A stretch of 40,755 nucleotides of DNA from a virus. Taxonomy: Duplodnaviria; Caudoviricetes. Under the pieces are notes generated by a model. That model was not told the DNA's origin. It made no database searches and saw only the letters and a list, made by a program, of their open reading frames with translations. A program made the position numbers and the translations under genes. The stretch covers positions 1 through 40,755 of the IMG/VR virus record IMGVR_UViG_3300017903_003108. One strand, 5' to 3'. Shown piece by piece: positions 8,905 through 17,794 of the stretch; within the stretch, counting starts at the first letter, position 1; every line of letters starts with the position of its first letter.

Positions 8905-9834
8905 ATGTCTAATGATTTCCTATGGGTGGAAAAATACCGCCCTCGGTTGATTGATGAGTGTGTCTTATTACCAGACTTGAAAAAGACATTTAAAGGCATT
9001 ATCGAATCTGGCGAAATGCCAAATATGTTGTTTACTGGTTCTGCCGGTGTCGGTAAAACAACTGTTGCAAAAGCACTTTGTAACGAACTAGATCTAGATT
9101 GGATTATTATCAACGGATCTGAAGAAGGTAACATCGATACCTTACGCGGCAAAATTAAACAATTTGCATCATCAGTATCATTGCAAGGTGGCTATAAAGT
9201 TGTCATCCTTGATGAGGCTGATTATTTGAATCCGCAGTCTACTCAACCAGCACTTCGTGGATTTATCGAAGAATTCTCTAACAACTGTCGTTTTATTCTT
9301 ACTTGTAATTTTAAAAATCGTATTATCGATCCATTGCATTCTCGTTGTGGTGTATACGACTTTACTATTACTAAGAAGCAGTTGCCAACTCTATGCGGCA
9401 CCTTTATGGAACGCTGTAAAAACATTCTCAAAATTGAGGGTGTAGAGTACGAAGAGAAAACTTTGGCAGACATTATTATTAAGTTTGCCCCAGACATGCG
9501 TCGTATTTTAAATGAGTTGCAACGTAAGTCTGTTAGCGGTAGCATCTCTGGTTCTGATACTAAGACAGACAACTACGATGATCTATTCAAAATGCTCAAG
9601 AGCAAAGACTTTAAGAAGATGCGTTCATGGGTAGCCAACAATATAGATACTGATGCTAGTGCAATCTTTAGGGCCATTTATGACCGTTCAACGGATATTG
9701 TGGCACCACAATCTATTCCGCAACTGGTTTTAATTCTCGCTGACTATCAATACAAAAATGCTTTTGTTGCTGATCATGAATTGAACGTTGTTGCATGTCT
9801 TACAGAGGTAATGGCTAATGTCGAGCTTAATTAG
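8905..9834 (+). CDS. gp44: Clamp loader large subunit (RFC-like AAA+)
   Basis: LWVEKYRP, GSAGVGKTT, ILDEAD and SRC motifs. Confidence 0.96.
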   Translation: MSNDFLWVEKYRPRLIDECVLLPDLKKTFKGIIESGEMPNMLFTGSAGVGKTTVAKALCNELDLDWIIINGSEEGNIDTLRGKIKQFASSVSLQGGYKVVILDEADYLNPQSTQPALRGFIEEFSNNCRFILTCNFKNRIIDPLHSRCGVYDFTITKKQLPTLCGTFMERCKNILKIEGVEYEEKTLADIIIKFAPDMRRILNELQRKSVSGSISGSDTKTDNYDDLFKMLKSKDFKKMRSWVANNIDTDASAIFRAIYDRSTDIVAPQSIPQLVLILADYQYKNAFVADHELNVVACLTEVMANVELN

Positions 9835-10099
9835 AGTATACACCCAAGATAACTGCCCATATTGTGATCAGATTAAAAACAAACTGAATTCATATGGTAT
9901 TAACTATATTACTGTTAATATTAGTGTTGACACAAACGAAAAGCTGTTTCTAAAAGAGCGTGGACATCGTACTGTTCCTCAGGTGTATTATAAAGATGTG
10001 CATTTGAATAAAGTCGATACGGCTGATTTTACGTTAATGAATATGTTCGAAGCTATGCGTGAGGCATATGATAATGTCCAGAGGTGTGAATGTCCCTAA
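9818..10099 (+). CDS. Glutaredoxin (NrdH/NrdC-like)
   Basis: CPYC active site and RTVPQ motif. Confidence 0.9.
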   Translation: MSSLIRVYTQDNCPYCDQIKNKLNSYGINYITVNISVDTNEKLFLKERGHRTVPQVYYKDVHLNKVDTADFTLMNMFEAMREAYDNVQRCECP

Positions 10100-10473
10100 G
10101 TCCTTTTGATTTTTTAAATGATATCAATTATGGCAAATCAAATATCATGGTGGATGACATATCTGAAAAGGCGTATGCTCCATTTATGGTCAATCGTGGT
10201 CTATCATATTTTCAAGATACGATTTTGATTGCAAATGAGATGAATAAACATCACCACCTTGATCACCGTTTACAATTCGATTTTCTTATAAATATCGTTA
10301 GGAAGAAAAAAAGATTTTCCAAATGGGCTAAACCCCAAAAAATGAGTGACGTGGAAGTGGTTAAGGAATACTATGGCTATAGCAATGAAAAAGCACGCCA
10401 GGCTTGTAAACTTCTCTCGTCCACACAACTAGACGATTTGAGAAAAAAGGTTTACAAAGGTGGAAGAAAATAA
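10090..10473 (+). CDS. gp62: Clamp loader small subunit
   Basis: FDFLNDIN, YAPFMVNRGLS, RKKKRFSKW and KEYYGYSNEKA motifs. Confidence 0.93.
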   Translation: MSLSPFDFLNDINYGKSNIMVDDISEKAYAPFMVNRGLSYFQDTILIANEMNKHHHLDHRLQFDFLINIVRKKKRFSKWAKPQKMSDVEVVKEYYGYSNEKARQACKLLSSTQLDDLRKKVYKGGRK

Positions 10474-10873
10474 GAATGTAGAATGGACACCTGCCTCCAT
10501 GCTGGAGGTTACACTAAACGAGCCTGATGACTTTTTAAAGGTTCGTGAGACGCTAACTCGTATTGGAGTTGCTTCTCGTAAAGATAATAAATTATTTCAG
10601 TCCTGTCATATCCTACACAAACAGGGCAGATATTTCATTGTCCATTTTAAAGAACTATTCTTGCTAGATGGTAAGAAATCTAATCTAGAAGAAAACGATG
10701 TTGCACGTCGCAATACGATTGCGCAACTCATTTCGGATTGGGGATTAATTACTATCGATAATAAAGAAAATATCCAACCGCTAGCTCCTTTGAGGCAAAT
10801 CAAAATCATTCCATTCAGGGAGAAGAGCAAATGGGAATTGTGTCCAAAATACAACATTGGATCAAAACAGTAA
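10460..10873 (+). CDS. regA: Translational repressor RegA
   Basis: PDDFLKVRETLTRIGVAS, QSCHILHKQGRYFIVHFKELF and WELCPKY motifs. Confidence 0.96.
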   Translation: MEENKNVEWTPASMLEVTLNEPDDFLKVRETLTRIGVASRKDNKLFQSCHILHKQGRYFIVHFKELFLLDGKKSNLEENDVARRNTIAQLISDWGLITIDNKENIQPLAPLRQIKIIPFREKSKWELCPKYNIGSKQ

Positions 10874-10950
10874 TCACTTCAGAATACTCTGGTGATCGAT
10901 CACTGCATAGAATTCATGCTATAAAATACGAAGATCTATGTTTGTGATTG

Positions 10951-10958
10951 TATAAATA
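10951..10958 (+). promoter_or_regulatory. T4-type late promoter for hsp20
   Basis: Exact TATAAATA just before the structured hsp20 leader. Confidence 0.8.
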
Positions 10959-10960
10959 AA

Positions 10961-11019
10961 GATGGACTTGCCGAGAGGGAGTCCATTCTTACCTTGCTAG
11001 TCAATAGGAGGAAACAATG
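10961..11019 (+). promoter_or_regulatory. ROSE-like RNA thermometer in the hsp20 5' UTR
   Basis: 5' hairpin GATGGACT/AGTCCATT; 3' hairpin CCTTGCTA-gtcaa-TAGGAGG pairs the U(U/C)GCU motif with the SD leaving a bulged G. Confidence 0.75.
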
Positions 11020-11478
11020 ACTGGAAATATAGTATACCCACGCGCTGGGTTTATCGGTTTTGACCACATCTTCGATCAGCTTGAGAATATTCACAAGCAT
11101 GCGAAGGATACCTATCCACCACATAACGTCGTGAAGGATGAAGACTTGCACTTCATTCTAGAATTAGCTGTGGCTGGATTTAAAAAAGAACATATTGATA
11201 TTGAAGTTAAGGACCACGTTCTTACCATTTCTGGTAATCGGCCAATGCGTCGTGAGCAGAATAAGTATGTTCACAAAGGTATTAGTGCAAAGAACTGGAA
11301 AAAGTCATTTAGGCTGTCGGAATATACCGAAGTAACTGGAGCTGATCTGCAGGATGGAATTTTGGCTGTCAATTTAGAAGTCATTCTACCTAAAGAGAAG
11401 CAGCCTCGTAAAATTTCAATTGGAAAAAACGAGGAAAAAAATGACAACACTTCTCAACTTCTTCAAGAAGGTATTTAA
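11017..11478 (+). CDS. hsp20: Small heat-shock protein (Hsp20/IbpA family)
   Basis: FIGFDHIF, YPPHN, LELAVAGF, HKGIS, GADLQDGIL and PRKISI motifs. Confidence 0.95.
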   Translation: MTGNIVYPRAGFIGFDHIFDQLENIHKHAKDTYPPHNVVKDEDLHFILELAVAGFKKEHIDIEVKDHVLTISGNRPMRREQNKYVHKGISAKNWKKSFRLSEYTEVTGADLQDGILAVNLEVILPKEKQPRKISIGKNEEKNDNTSQLLQEGI

Positions 11479-11629
11479 TACCCTCAGCGAAGCTAACCTG
11501 AATAGAGCACACTTTAGACTAGCAGATTATATTCGCAATGAATATAAAACTGCCATGTCTATTCACGATATCATGGAAATGCTAAAAAAGGAGGGATACG
11601 ATGCTACAATTCGTCGGATTACTGCTTAG
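11441..11629 (+). CDS. Small hypothetical protein (62 aa)
   Basis: GAGG SD before ATG 11441; overlaps both neighbours in an apparent operon. Confidence 0.65.
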   Translation: MTTLLNFFKKVFNTLSEANLNRAHFRLADYIRNEYKTAMSIHDIMEMLKKEGYDATIRRITA

Positions 11630-11783
11630 ATCATTTACCATGGCGATCTCCGCGTACGCTGAGTACAATAAAACCTTTAAAGAGTTAGCGGCTCTGACTG
11701 ACAGAGAACTTAACGATATTGGTTTATCTCGCGGTATGATTCATTCGTGTGCTGTAGATGCTTCACAAAAGTATCGGGCATAA
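11601..11783 (+). CDS. DUF1127 (YjiS-like) small protein
   Basis: ELAALTDRELNDIGLSRGMI matches the DUF1127 signature; GGAGG SD upstream. Confidence 0.88.
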   Translation: MLQFVGLLLRSFTMAISAYAEYNKTFKELAALTDRELNDIGLSRGMIHSCAVDASQKYRA

Positions 11784-11808
11784 TTTAGTATCACTTGTGA
11801 TATCGGTT

Positions 11809-11898
11809 ATGGTTGTATTTTCTAATGGTGTCAGACCACGAAGAGTTCGACCATTGACCCAGCAGGTCAATTGGCCCATTCACGTTAGAAACGTATAA
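11809..11898 (+). CDS. Possible 29-aa peptide MVVFSNGVRPRRVRPLTQQVNWPIHVRNV embedded in a long hairpin
   Basis: Open frame filling the gap before the terminator; no clear SD; its ends are mutually complementary. Confidence 0.35.
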   Translation: MVVFSNGVRPRRVRPLTQQVNWPIHVRNV

Positions 11899-11901
11899 CA
11901 T

Positions 11902-11928
11902 AAAAGGGACTTTGCGGTCCCTTTTTTT
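11902..11928 (+). terminator. Rho-independent terminator closing the hsp20 operon
   Basis: AAAAGGGAC-tttgcg-GTCCCTTTT plus T run. Confidence 0.9.
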
Positions 11929-11932
11929 GTTG

Positions 11933-11961
11933 TTTACTTTTATGTGCAATTATAGTACAAT
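11933..11961 (+). promoter_or_regulatory. Sigma70-like promoter for gp43
   Basis: TTTACT-17 nt-TACAAT. Confidence 0.75.
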
Positions 11962-11985
11962 TTGTAAATATATTATGGAGGCTAA

Positions 11986-14508
11986 ATGTCAAATTTCTAC
12001 ACATCAGTCGTTCGCTACGGTAATTCTATGTTATATCGTGGCTATGATACAAACGGCAAAAAAGTATTCAAGAAAGAACATTTTAGTCCTACGCTTTACG
12101 TAGCATCAAAAGAAAACACTGGTTGGACTGGAATTGACGGTACTCCAATCGGTCCGGTCGACTTTGAATCTATGCGTGAAGCAAAGGAATGGATTGAAAA
12201 ATATAATGACGTAACTGGCTTTAATGTATATGGTACTACTAACTATATTCATCAATACATTGCCAAGAAGTTTCCACGAGATATTGAATTTGATCGTGAT
12301 AAAATTAACGTAACGACAATTGATATTGAAACAGAGTACAACGATGGTTTCCCTGATCCTAAGGTTGCAGACCAACGTGTATTGGCCATTACGCTAAAAA
12401 ACAATGTCGATGGTGTATATCATGTTTGGGGCTACGGCGGTTATGATGAAGAAGCCGCACTGATTAAGCCTGTCAAATATTATCGTTGTCGTGACGAAGC
12501 CAGTCTTCTTATGAAGTTCTTGGATTTTTATTCTACACATAAAAATATGCCAGATGTATTGACTGGGTGGAATGTTCGCTTTTTTGATATTCCATACCTA
12601 GTCAACCGTGTTAATCGCGTACTTGGTGTTGATATGTGTAAACGGTTTTCGCCATGGGGAATGGTTGATCATCGTACAGTAAAACGCATGAATCGTGCAG
12701 ATGAAACATATGACATTCGTGGCGTACAAGTCATGGATTATCTAGAACTGTTTCAAAAGTTTGGTTATGCGTATGGTACACAAGAATCATACAAACTTGA
12801 CCATATTGCGTATGTGGTACTTGGTGAAAAGAAGCTTTCTTTCGAAGAATCTGGTTCACTAAAAAATCTATACAAAGACGACTTTCAAAAATATATTGAC
12901 TATAACATGAAAGACGTTCAGCTAGTTGATAGGCTTGAAGATAAAATGGGCCTTATCACTCTGGCTATGACAGTAGCCTATAAAGGCGGTGTTAACTACC
13001 AAGACGTGTTTGGTACAGTTGCCATATGGGAATCGATTATCTATCGAAAACTATTGTCTCTTAAACAAGCGCCAAAAGTAAACTCTTCTCCCGAACATAA
13101 GACTGCCTTTGCAGGTGGCTATGTAAAAGAGGTTATGACTGGCGCTCATGACTGGGTCGTGTCATTTGACCTGAATTCGCTTTATCCTAATATCATTGTA
13201 CAATGGAATATGTCTCCCGAAACCATTGTAAAAGGTGATATTGCAGATTCAGGTGTGGACCATTACCTAAGGTATCATGGTTCTGACATGGACCCAGTCC
13301 ACCCTGTTCATCGTGATAAAAACTATGCCATTGCAGCAAACGGTTCTTTGTATAAAAAGAATATTGATGGTGTAGTACCTACTATCATTGTTGATTATTA
13401 TGATGACCGTCGTTCTGTTAAAAAGATGATGTTAGCAGCAGAACAATCATATCAAAAAACAAAAACATATGAACTTGAACGTGAGATTAATCGTCTACAT
13501 AACCAGCAAATGGCTATTAAGATTTTGATGAACTCACTTTATGGCGCGTTGGGTAATCAATACTTTAAATACTTTGACTTACAAGTAGCTGAAGCTGTTA
13601 CCCTCACTGGACAAATGGTTATTCGTTGGGCAGAAAAATCTATCAACGAAGAAATGAATAAGTTGTTGAAGACCGATGGACGCGATTACGTTATTGCTAT
13701 TGATACTGATTCTTTGTATATTAATTTCGGTCCTATGGTAAAGGCACTGAAACCAAAAGATCCAGTTGCATTTCTTGATAAAATCTGTAAAGATCACTTT
13801 GTTCCTATTCTCAAAAAGGCATACGATGATCTGTATGGTAAACTAAATTGCCATAAACCTCGTATGGAAATGGAACGAGAAGTTATTGCAGATCGTGGTA
13901 TTTGGACTGCAAAGAAGCGGTACATTCTAAATGTACACAATTCTGAAGGCGTCCAATACGAAGAACCTAAACTAAAAATTATGGGCATTGAAGCAGTCAA
14001 ATCTTCTACGCCTGAAATTTGCCGTGATAAGTTCAAAGAAATCTTTAAGATCATTATTTCTGGTTCAGAGTCGGCGACTCAAGATTACATTCGTAATTTC
14101 AAGAATGAGTTTAAGTCATTGCCACCAGACCGCGTGGCTTTCCCCAGATCAGTATCAAATATTACTGATTGGTCTGACCGTTCTATGATCTATAAGAAGG
14201 GTACACCAATTCATGTACGCGGTTCGCTGTTATATAATAAGTACCTAAAACAAAATAAGCTGACGAAACAATACGAGCTCATTCAAAATGGTTCTCGTAT
14301 TAAGTTCTGTTACTTAAAATTGCCTAACCATATTAAAGAAAATGTGGTGGCTTTTCCAGATCACTTACCAGAGGAGATGCAACTTCATCGTTATGTAGAT
14401 TATGATTTACAATTCAACAAGACTTTCATTGAACCATTGAAATTAATTCTAGACTCTATTGGCTGGTCTGCCGAAGAACGAGCAACTTTAGAAGATTTCT
14501 TTGGATAG
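11986..14508 (+). CDS. gp43: Family B DNA polymerase
   Basis: Exonuclease DIET and YNMKDV motifs; polymerase SFDLNSLYP, KILMNSLYG, IDTDS and KKRY motifs; no intron or intein. Confidence 0.98.
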   Translation: MSNFYTSVVRYGNSMLYRGYDTNGKKVFKKEHFSPTLYVASKENTGWTGIDGTPIGPVDFESMREAKEWIEKYNDVTGFNVYGTTNYIHQYIAKKFPRDIEFDRDKINVTTIDIETEYNDGFPDPKVADQRVLAITLKNNVDGVYHVWGYGGYDEEAALIKPVKYYRCRDEASLLMKFLDFYSTHKNMPDVLTGWNVRFFDIPYLVNRVNRVLGVDMCKRFSPWGMVDHRTVKRMNRADETYDIRGVQVMDYLELFQKFGYAYGTQESYKLDHIAYVVLGEKKLSFEESGSLKNLYKDDFQKYIDYNMKDVQLVDRLEDKMGLITLAMTVAYKGGVNYQDVFGTVAIWESIIYRKLLSLKQAPKVNSSPEHKTAFAGGYVKEVMTGAHDWVVSFDLNSLYPNIIVQWNMSPETIVKGDIADSGVDHYLRYHGSDMDPVHPVHRDKNYAIAANGSLYKKNIDGVVPTIIVDYYDDRRSVKKMMLAAEQSYQKTKTYELEREINRLHNQQMAIKILMNSLYGALGNQYFKYFDLQVAEAVTLTGQMVIRWAEKSINEEMNKLLKTDGRDYVIAIDTDSLYINFGPMVKALKPKDPVAFLDKICKDHFVPILKKAYDDLYGKLNCHKPRMEMEREVIADRGIWTAKKRYILNVHNSEGVQYEEPKLKIMGIEAVKSSTPEICRDKFKEIFKIIISGSESATQDYIRNFKNEFKSLPPDRVAFPRSVSNITDWSDRSMIYKKGTPIHVRGSLLYNKYLKQNKLTKQYELIQNGSRIKFCYLKLPNHIKENVVAFPDHLPEEMQLHRYVDYDLQFNKTFIEPLKLILDSIGWSAEERATLEDFFG

Positions 14509-14537
14509 TTTACAAAAGATTAAAAATAAGGTATAAT
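14509..14537 (+). promoter_or_regulatory. Sigma70-like promoter heading the DNA-modification island
   Basis: TTTACA-17 nt-TATAAT. Confidence 0.85.
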
Positions 14538-14544
14538 ATAGATT

Positions 14545-14961
14545 ATGAGTAAAGATTGGGTAAAAGATATTAATGACATGCACGCCAAGTTTGGTGTTCA
14601 TGATTGGATGGATAAGAACAAAGACAATACCGAGTACATGCAAAAGTTTCTTGAATTTCGGTTGAAGTTTCTTGAAGAAGAATTGAATGAAACTCGGGCA
14701 GCTGCGTTACTAGATAGAAACACAGCAGAAGTTGTTGATGGTCTTATTGATCTTTGCGTAGTTGCAATCGGTACGCTTGATGCCTATGGTGTCGATGCAT
14801 ATAAAGCATGGGATAGTGTACACAATGCCAATATGGCTAAAGAGCCTGGCGTTAAGGAAAGTAGGCCAAATCCGCTTGGCCTGCCTGATTTGATTAAACC
14901 TGAAGGTTGGACTGGTCCAGAACATTATGACAACACAGGCAATCTCACTAACGCTGTTTAA
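14545..14961 (+). CDS. MazG/HisE-like all-alpha NTP pyrophosphohydrolase (candidate dCTPase/dUTPase)
   Basis: FLEEELNE..EVVDGLID, VHNANMAK and DLIKPEGW motifs. Confidence 0.85.
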   Translation: MSKDWVKDINDMHAKFGVHDWMDKNKDNTEYMQKFLEFRLKFLEEELNETRAAALLDRNTAEVVDGLIDLCVVAIGTLDAYGVDAYKAWDSVHNANMAKEPGVKESRPNPLGLPDLIKPEGWTGPEHYDNTGNLTNAV

Positions 14962-15865
14962 CAGCATTTTCGATAACAAGACGGACAAGCGCATTGATCT
15001 ACCAAACTTCGATGCGTTTGAAACCGTCTTGTATGATCTATCTAAAAAACCTCGGCAGACTAAGAAAGATGCCGAACTTATGTCTCCGGCTGTATACCTA
15101 CCAGAGACCACTCGTAAAAATGATAATGTTACAGAGTGGGCTGGATGGTGTGCAGTCGATGTAGACGATTTTGAATTTGAAGGGAATTTACATGACATCC
15201 TTCTTTCTCGTTATGGTCACTTTAGGTTTGTTTGCTATTCTACTGCGAGTAGTACCGAGGACAATCCTAAGTTTCGTTTGGTCTTTCCGCTTACAAAAAC
15301 AATTGAAAATGTTTCCATTAAATCTTTTTGGTACGCTTTACAGACCGAATTGGGAGAACTCGGAGACCGGCAAACTAAAGATTTGTCTAGGATGTATTAT
15401 ATCCCTGCAAATTATGCTGGCGCTCATAACTTTATATTCAGTAACCCTAACGGCGTTCATATTGATCCAGTAGAATTGATGTTCAAGCATCCAATGCCTG
15501 AGAAAACAAACTTAAATAGTTTCTTTGACAGGTTACCAGAAGCAATGCAACAACAAGTCTTGGAACATCGTAAGGCTCAACTAACTGAAAGCTATACATG
15601 GTCATCATATCGTGATTGTCCATTCTGGCCTAAAAAGTTGGCTGCTGAATATTCGACTATTACTAATACAGGCTGGTACCATAAAATGTACCAGATTATG
15701 GTGGCAATTGCTGGCCACGCTATAGATAAGAAATATGCTATTACTGCGTCTGAAATATCTTTGATGTGCAGACAGTTTGATGAAGAAACAGGTAATTGGT
15801 ATAAGAACCGCCCTCTCGATAAAGAGGCTGATAGGGCAATTGAGTACGTCTACAAAAACATTTGA
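14927..15865 (+). CDS. Archaeo-eukaryotic-type primase (primase-polymerase-like)
   Basis: R..NV, AVDVDD (DxD), YSTAS..PKFRLVFPL and KDLSRMYYIP follow AEP motif order; helical C-terminal domain. Confidence 0.7.
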   Translation: MTTQAISLTLFNSIFDNKTDKRIDLPNFDAFETVLYDLSKKPRQTKKDAELMSPAVYLPETTRKNDNVTEWAGWCAVDVDDFEFEGNLHDILLSRYGHFRFVCYSTASSTEDNPKFRLVFPLTKTIENVSIKSFWYALQTELGELGDRQTKDLSRMYYIPANYAGAHNFIFSNPNGVHIDPVELMFKHPMPEKTNLNSFFDRLPEAMQQQVLEHRKAQLTESYTWSSYRDCPFWPKKLAAEYSTITNTGWYHKMYQIMVAIAGHAIDKKYAITASEISLMCRQFDEETGNWYKNRPLDKEADRAIEYVYKNI

Positions 15866-15877
15866 CGGAGATTTATT

Positions 15878-16495
15878 ATGTGTTATGCGAATATCAATTC
15901 TCGCCGTGAATATAAAGCTTTCGCACAGTTTATCATTAATGGTGTAAACTTGCACAAAGAAGATGATTTGCAACTTAAGTTTTTTAAAGAAGGTTTGCGA
16001 AATCAAATCTTTGACATGGCTGTAATCTATACTGGTTATACATCTAAAAAAGCAATTGAGACTGGCTTGCCAAAATCAAAGCTTACTGAGGAACATATCC
16101 ATCCTCGTAATCAATCAGCCAAAAGACTTATTCAATATGTCTTAGATGGCATGGGCGTAAATGACTTAGCGGAAATGGTTAAACAATTCTGTCAAGTACA
16201 TATTACAACTAAAGAAGAAAACACCTCATTGGTTCAATATCAAAAGCAACCTGGCTACAATTGGCAAGATGGTTATAAAGCTGCAGGTATTGAATTAGTC
16301 GAGCATGAATTTACTCGAATACCTAAATTTGTTTACAAAGTTGACGGAATTGAGTATAATAATTTAAAAGAAATTGCAGAGAAGTTTGGTATTCACCAAG
16401 ATACTGCAAGAAACCGTTTCAAATCAAAAACTGAAAAATTTAAAGGATGGACACGTCATGAAGTACTCCCTAAAAGTGCTACAAAAAGCGGCTGA
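15878..16495 (+). CDS. Putative HNH-like nuclease with C-terminal NUMOD1/HTH-like DNA-binding domain
   Basis: EEHIHP..VHITTKEEN (His-Me-finger-like) and VDGIEYNNLKEIAEKFGIHQDTARNRFKS. Confidence 0.5.
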   Translation: MCYANINSRREYKAFAQFIINGVNLHKEDDLQLKFFKEGLRNQIFDMAVIYTGYTSKKAIETGLPKSKLTEEHIHPRNQSAKRLIQYVLDGMGVNDLAEMVKQFCQVHITTKEENTSLVQYQKQPGYNWQDGYKAAGIELVEHEFTRIPKFVYKVDGIEYNNLKEIAEKFGIHQDTARNRFKSKTEKFKGWTRHEVLPKSATKSG

Positions 16496-16805
16496 AATTC
16501 AGACTCAAAAAGGTAATGATTACCAAAATCCAAATTCGCGGATTCGTCAAGCTATGTACTATCCACGTGGATGTGCTACAATTCTTGACATCATGGCTGC
16601 AAAAGTACTTCGGATGCAGTCTGTACTTGAAGCTATGGAATCGGATCCTAACTATTCACAAAACTTTGAATCACTCGAAGACTCATGCATTGATTTGATT
16701 AATTACGCCACTTTCTTCGCTTCGTATATGAATGGCGAAACAGATGGCCAAAGCCCAGATCGTGATCTACTAAACCGACCAAAGGTAAAAAATGATGAAG
16801 ACTAA
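16458..16805 (+). CDS. Nucleotide-modification-associated protein (DUF1599/Nmad-like, MazG-related)
   Basis: KGNDY..KVLRM..ESLEDSCIDLINYA pattern; start at ATG 16458. Confidence 0.7.
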   Translation: MKYSLKVLQKAAEIQTQKGNDYQNPNSRIRQAMYYPRGCATILDIMAAKVLRMQSVLEAMESDPNYSQNFESLEDSCIDLINYATFFASYMNGETDGQSPDRDLLNRPKVKNDED

Positions 16806-17097
16806 TTCTGTTGTAACGCTTGTCCTATTGAATGGTGCTGAACTTGTTGGACGTTTTGTATCCCAAGACGATAGCACTATTGTAATTAATAAACCACGTT
16901 TGATCGCACCACAGGATCGAGGTTTGGCATTTGTTCCAGGTGTTACTATGACTGGTGTAGAACCGTCAGGTGATTTTGATTTCCCACGCCATTCAGTTTT
17001 GTATATGGTAGAAACTAAGAAAGTGGTTGCTGACTCATGGCAACAAGCCGTGTCTGGTTTGGAACTACCAAAAACTTCAGGTTTGGTGGGTCTTTAA
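16792..17097 (+). CDS. Sm/Hfq-like fold hypothetical protein
   Basis: VVTLVLLNGAELVGRF..IVINKPR pattern. Confidence 0.6.
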   Translation: MMKTNSVVTLVLLNGAELVGRFVSQDDSTIVINKPRLIAPQDRGLAFVPGVTMTGVEPSGDFDFPRHSVLYMVETKKVVADSWQQAVSGLELPKTSGLVGL

Positions 17098-17098
17098 A

Positions 17099-17794
17099 AT
17101 GCAGACCACCTTATATACAGCAGATATTCGTGATTACTTTGTAAATAAATTAAAGAACGAAGAGTTTCGGGTTGATCGTCGTAGTGGACAAAAAACTATC
17201 GAAGTTATTGGTGCAAGTTTTGTTGCCGATAAGCCTACGATTTTTGGTGAACCAAACGAAGAGTATATCAAAGCTGAAATCGAATGGTATAGAACTCAAT
17301 CCACAAACATTAATATCTTAGAAAAAATCTATGGTAAGACACCGGCTGCTTGGTCGCATTCTGCCAATGAGCATGGTGAGATTAATTCTAACTATGGTAA
17401 ACTAATTTGGAGTGATAAGTATTTTAATCAATACGGCCAAGCTCTAGATGAGTTACTCGATAACCCAGGCACTCGTCGTGCTTCTATGATTTACAATCGC
17501 CCTTCTGTTTGGGTTGATTATAATGAAGACGATAAAAATGATTTTATCTGTACTAATGCTGTTACATATTATATCAATGATAACGGTGAGCTAGATGCTG
17601 TAGTGCAAATGAGGTCTAATGACATTGTTTATGGTTACAAAAACGATTATGCTTGGCAAAAATATGTCTTGGATTCAATGGTAGAATCGTATAACTTCTT
17701 CCAAGAAGAAGATGAGTTTATTATTAAACCAGGTACTATTGTATGGCAGGTACAAAACTTGCATATGTACGAAAGGCATTTTAACCTTGTGTGA
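17099..17794 (+). CDS. gp42: dCMP hydroxymethylase (T4 gp42 orthologue, thymidylate synthase superfamily)
   Basis: KTIEVIGASFVAD, GEINSNYG, DFICTN (catalytic Cys) and MRSNDIVYGYKNDYAWQKYVLD closely match T4 gp42, including the dCMP-specifying Asp. Confidence 0.88.
   Translation: MQTTLYTADIRDYFVNKLKNEEFRVDRRSGQKTIEVIGASFVADKPTIFGEPNEEYIKAEIEWYRTQSTNINILEKIYGKTPAAWSHSANEHGEINSNYGKLIWSDKYFNQYGQALDELLDNPGTRRASMIYNRPSVWVDYNEDDKNDFICTNAVTYYINDNGELDAVVQMRSNDIVYGYKNDYAWQKYVLDSMVESYNFFQEEDEFIIKPGTIVWQVQNLHMYERHFNLV

Noticed and set aside
10287-10294. TATAAATA inside gp62 as a late promoter for regA
   Set aside because: Plausible but lies in coding sequence of an AT-rich genome; cannot be distinguished from chance without transcript data.
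10898-10949. Imperfect hairpin or RpoH-type heat-shock promoter between regA and hsp20
   Set aside because: The stem (GATCAC/GTGATT, CATAGA/TCTATG) is weak and lacks a U tail, and no matching CTTG -35 element was found; not supportable.
11807-11903. 6S RNA or SRP RNA
   Set aside because: No SRP helix-8 consensus, too short and asymmetric for 6S, and no dedicated promoter; kept only as an unassigned structure.
11986-14508. Intron or intein in the DNA polymerase (also checked uvsX, gp41, uvsW, thyX)
   Set aside because: ORFs are continuous and of normal length, with no intein or LAGLIDADG motifs.
17099-17794. Ordinary ThyA or dUMP hydroxymethylase (5hmU phage)
   Set aside because: The specificity residue is Asp as in T4 gp42 rather than Asn, the sequence follows gp42 throughout, and ThyX is present for dTMP.
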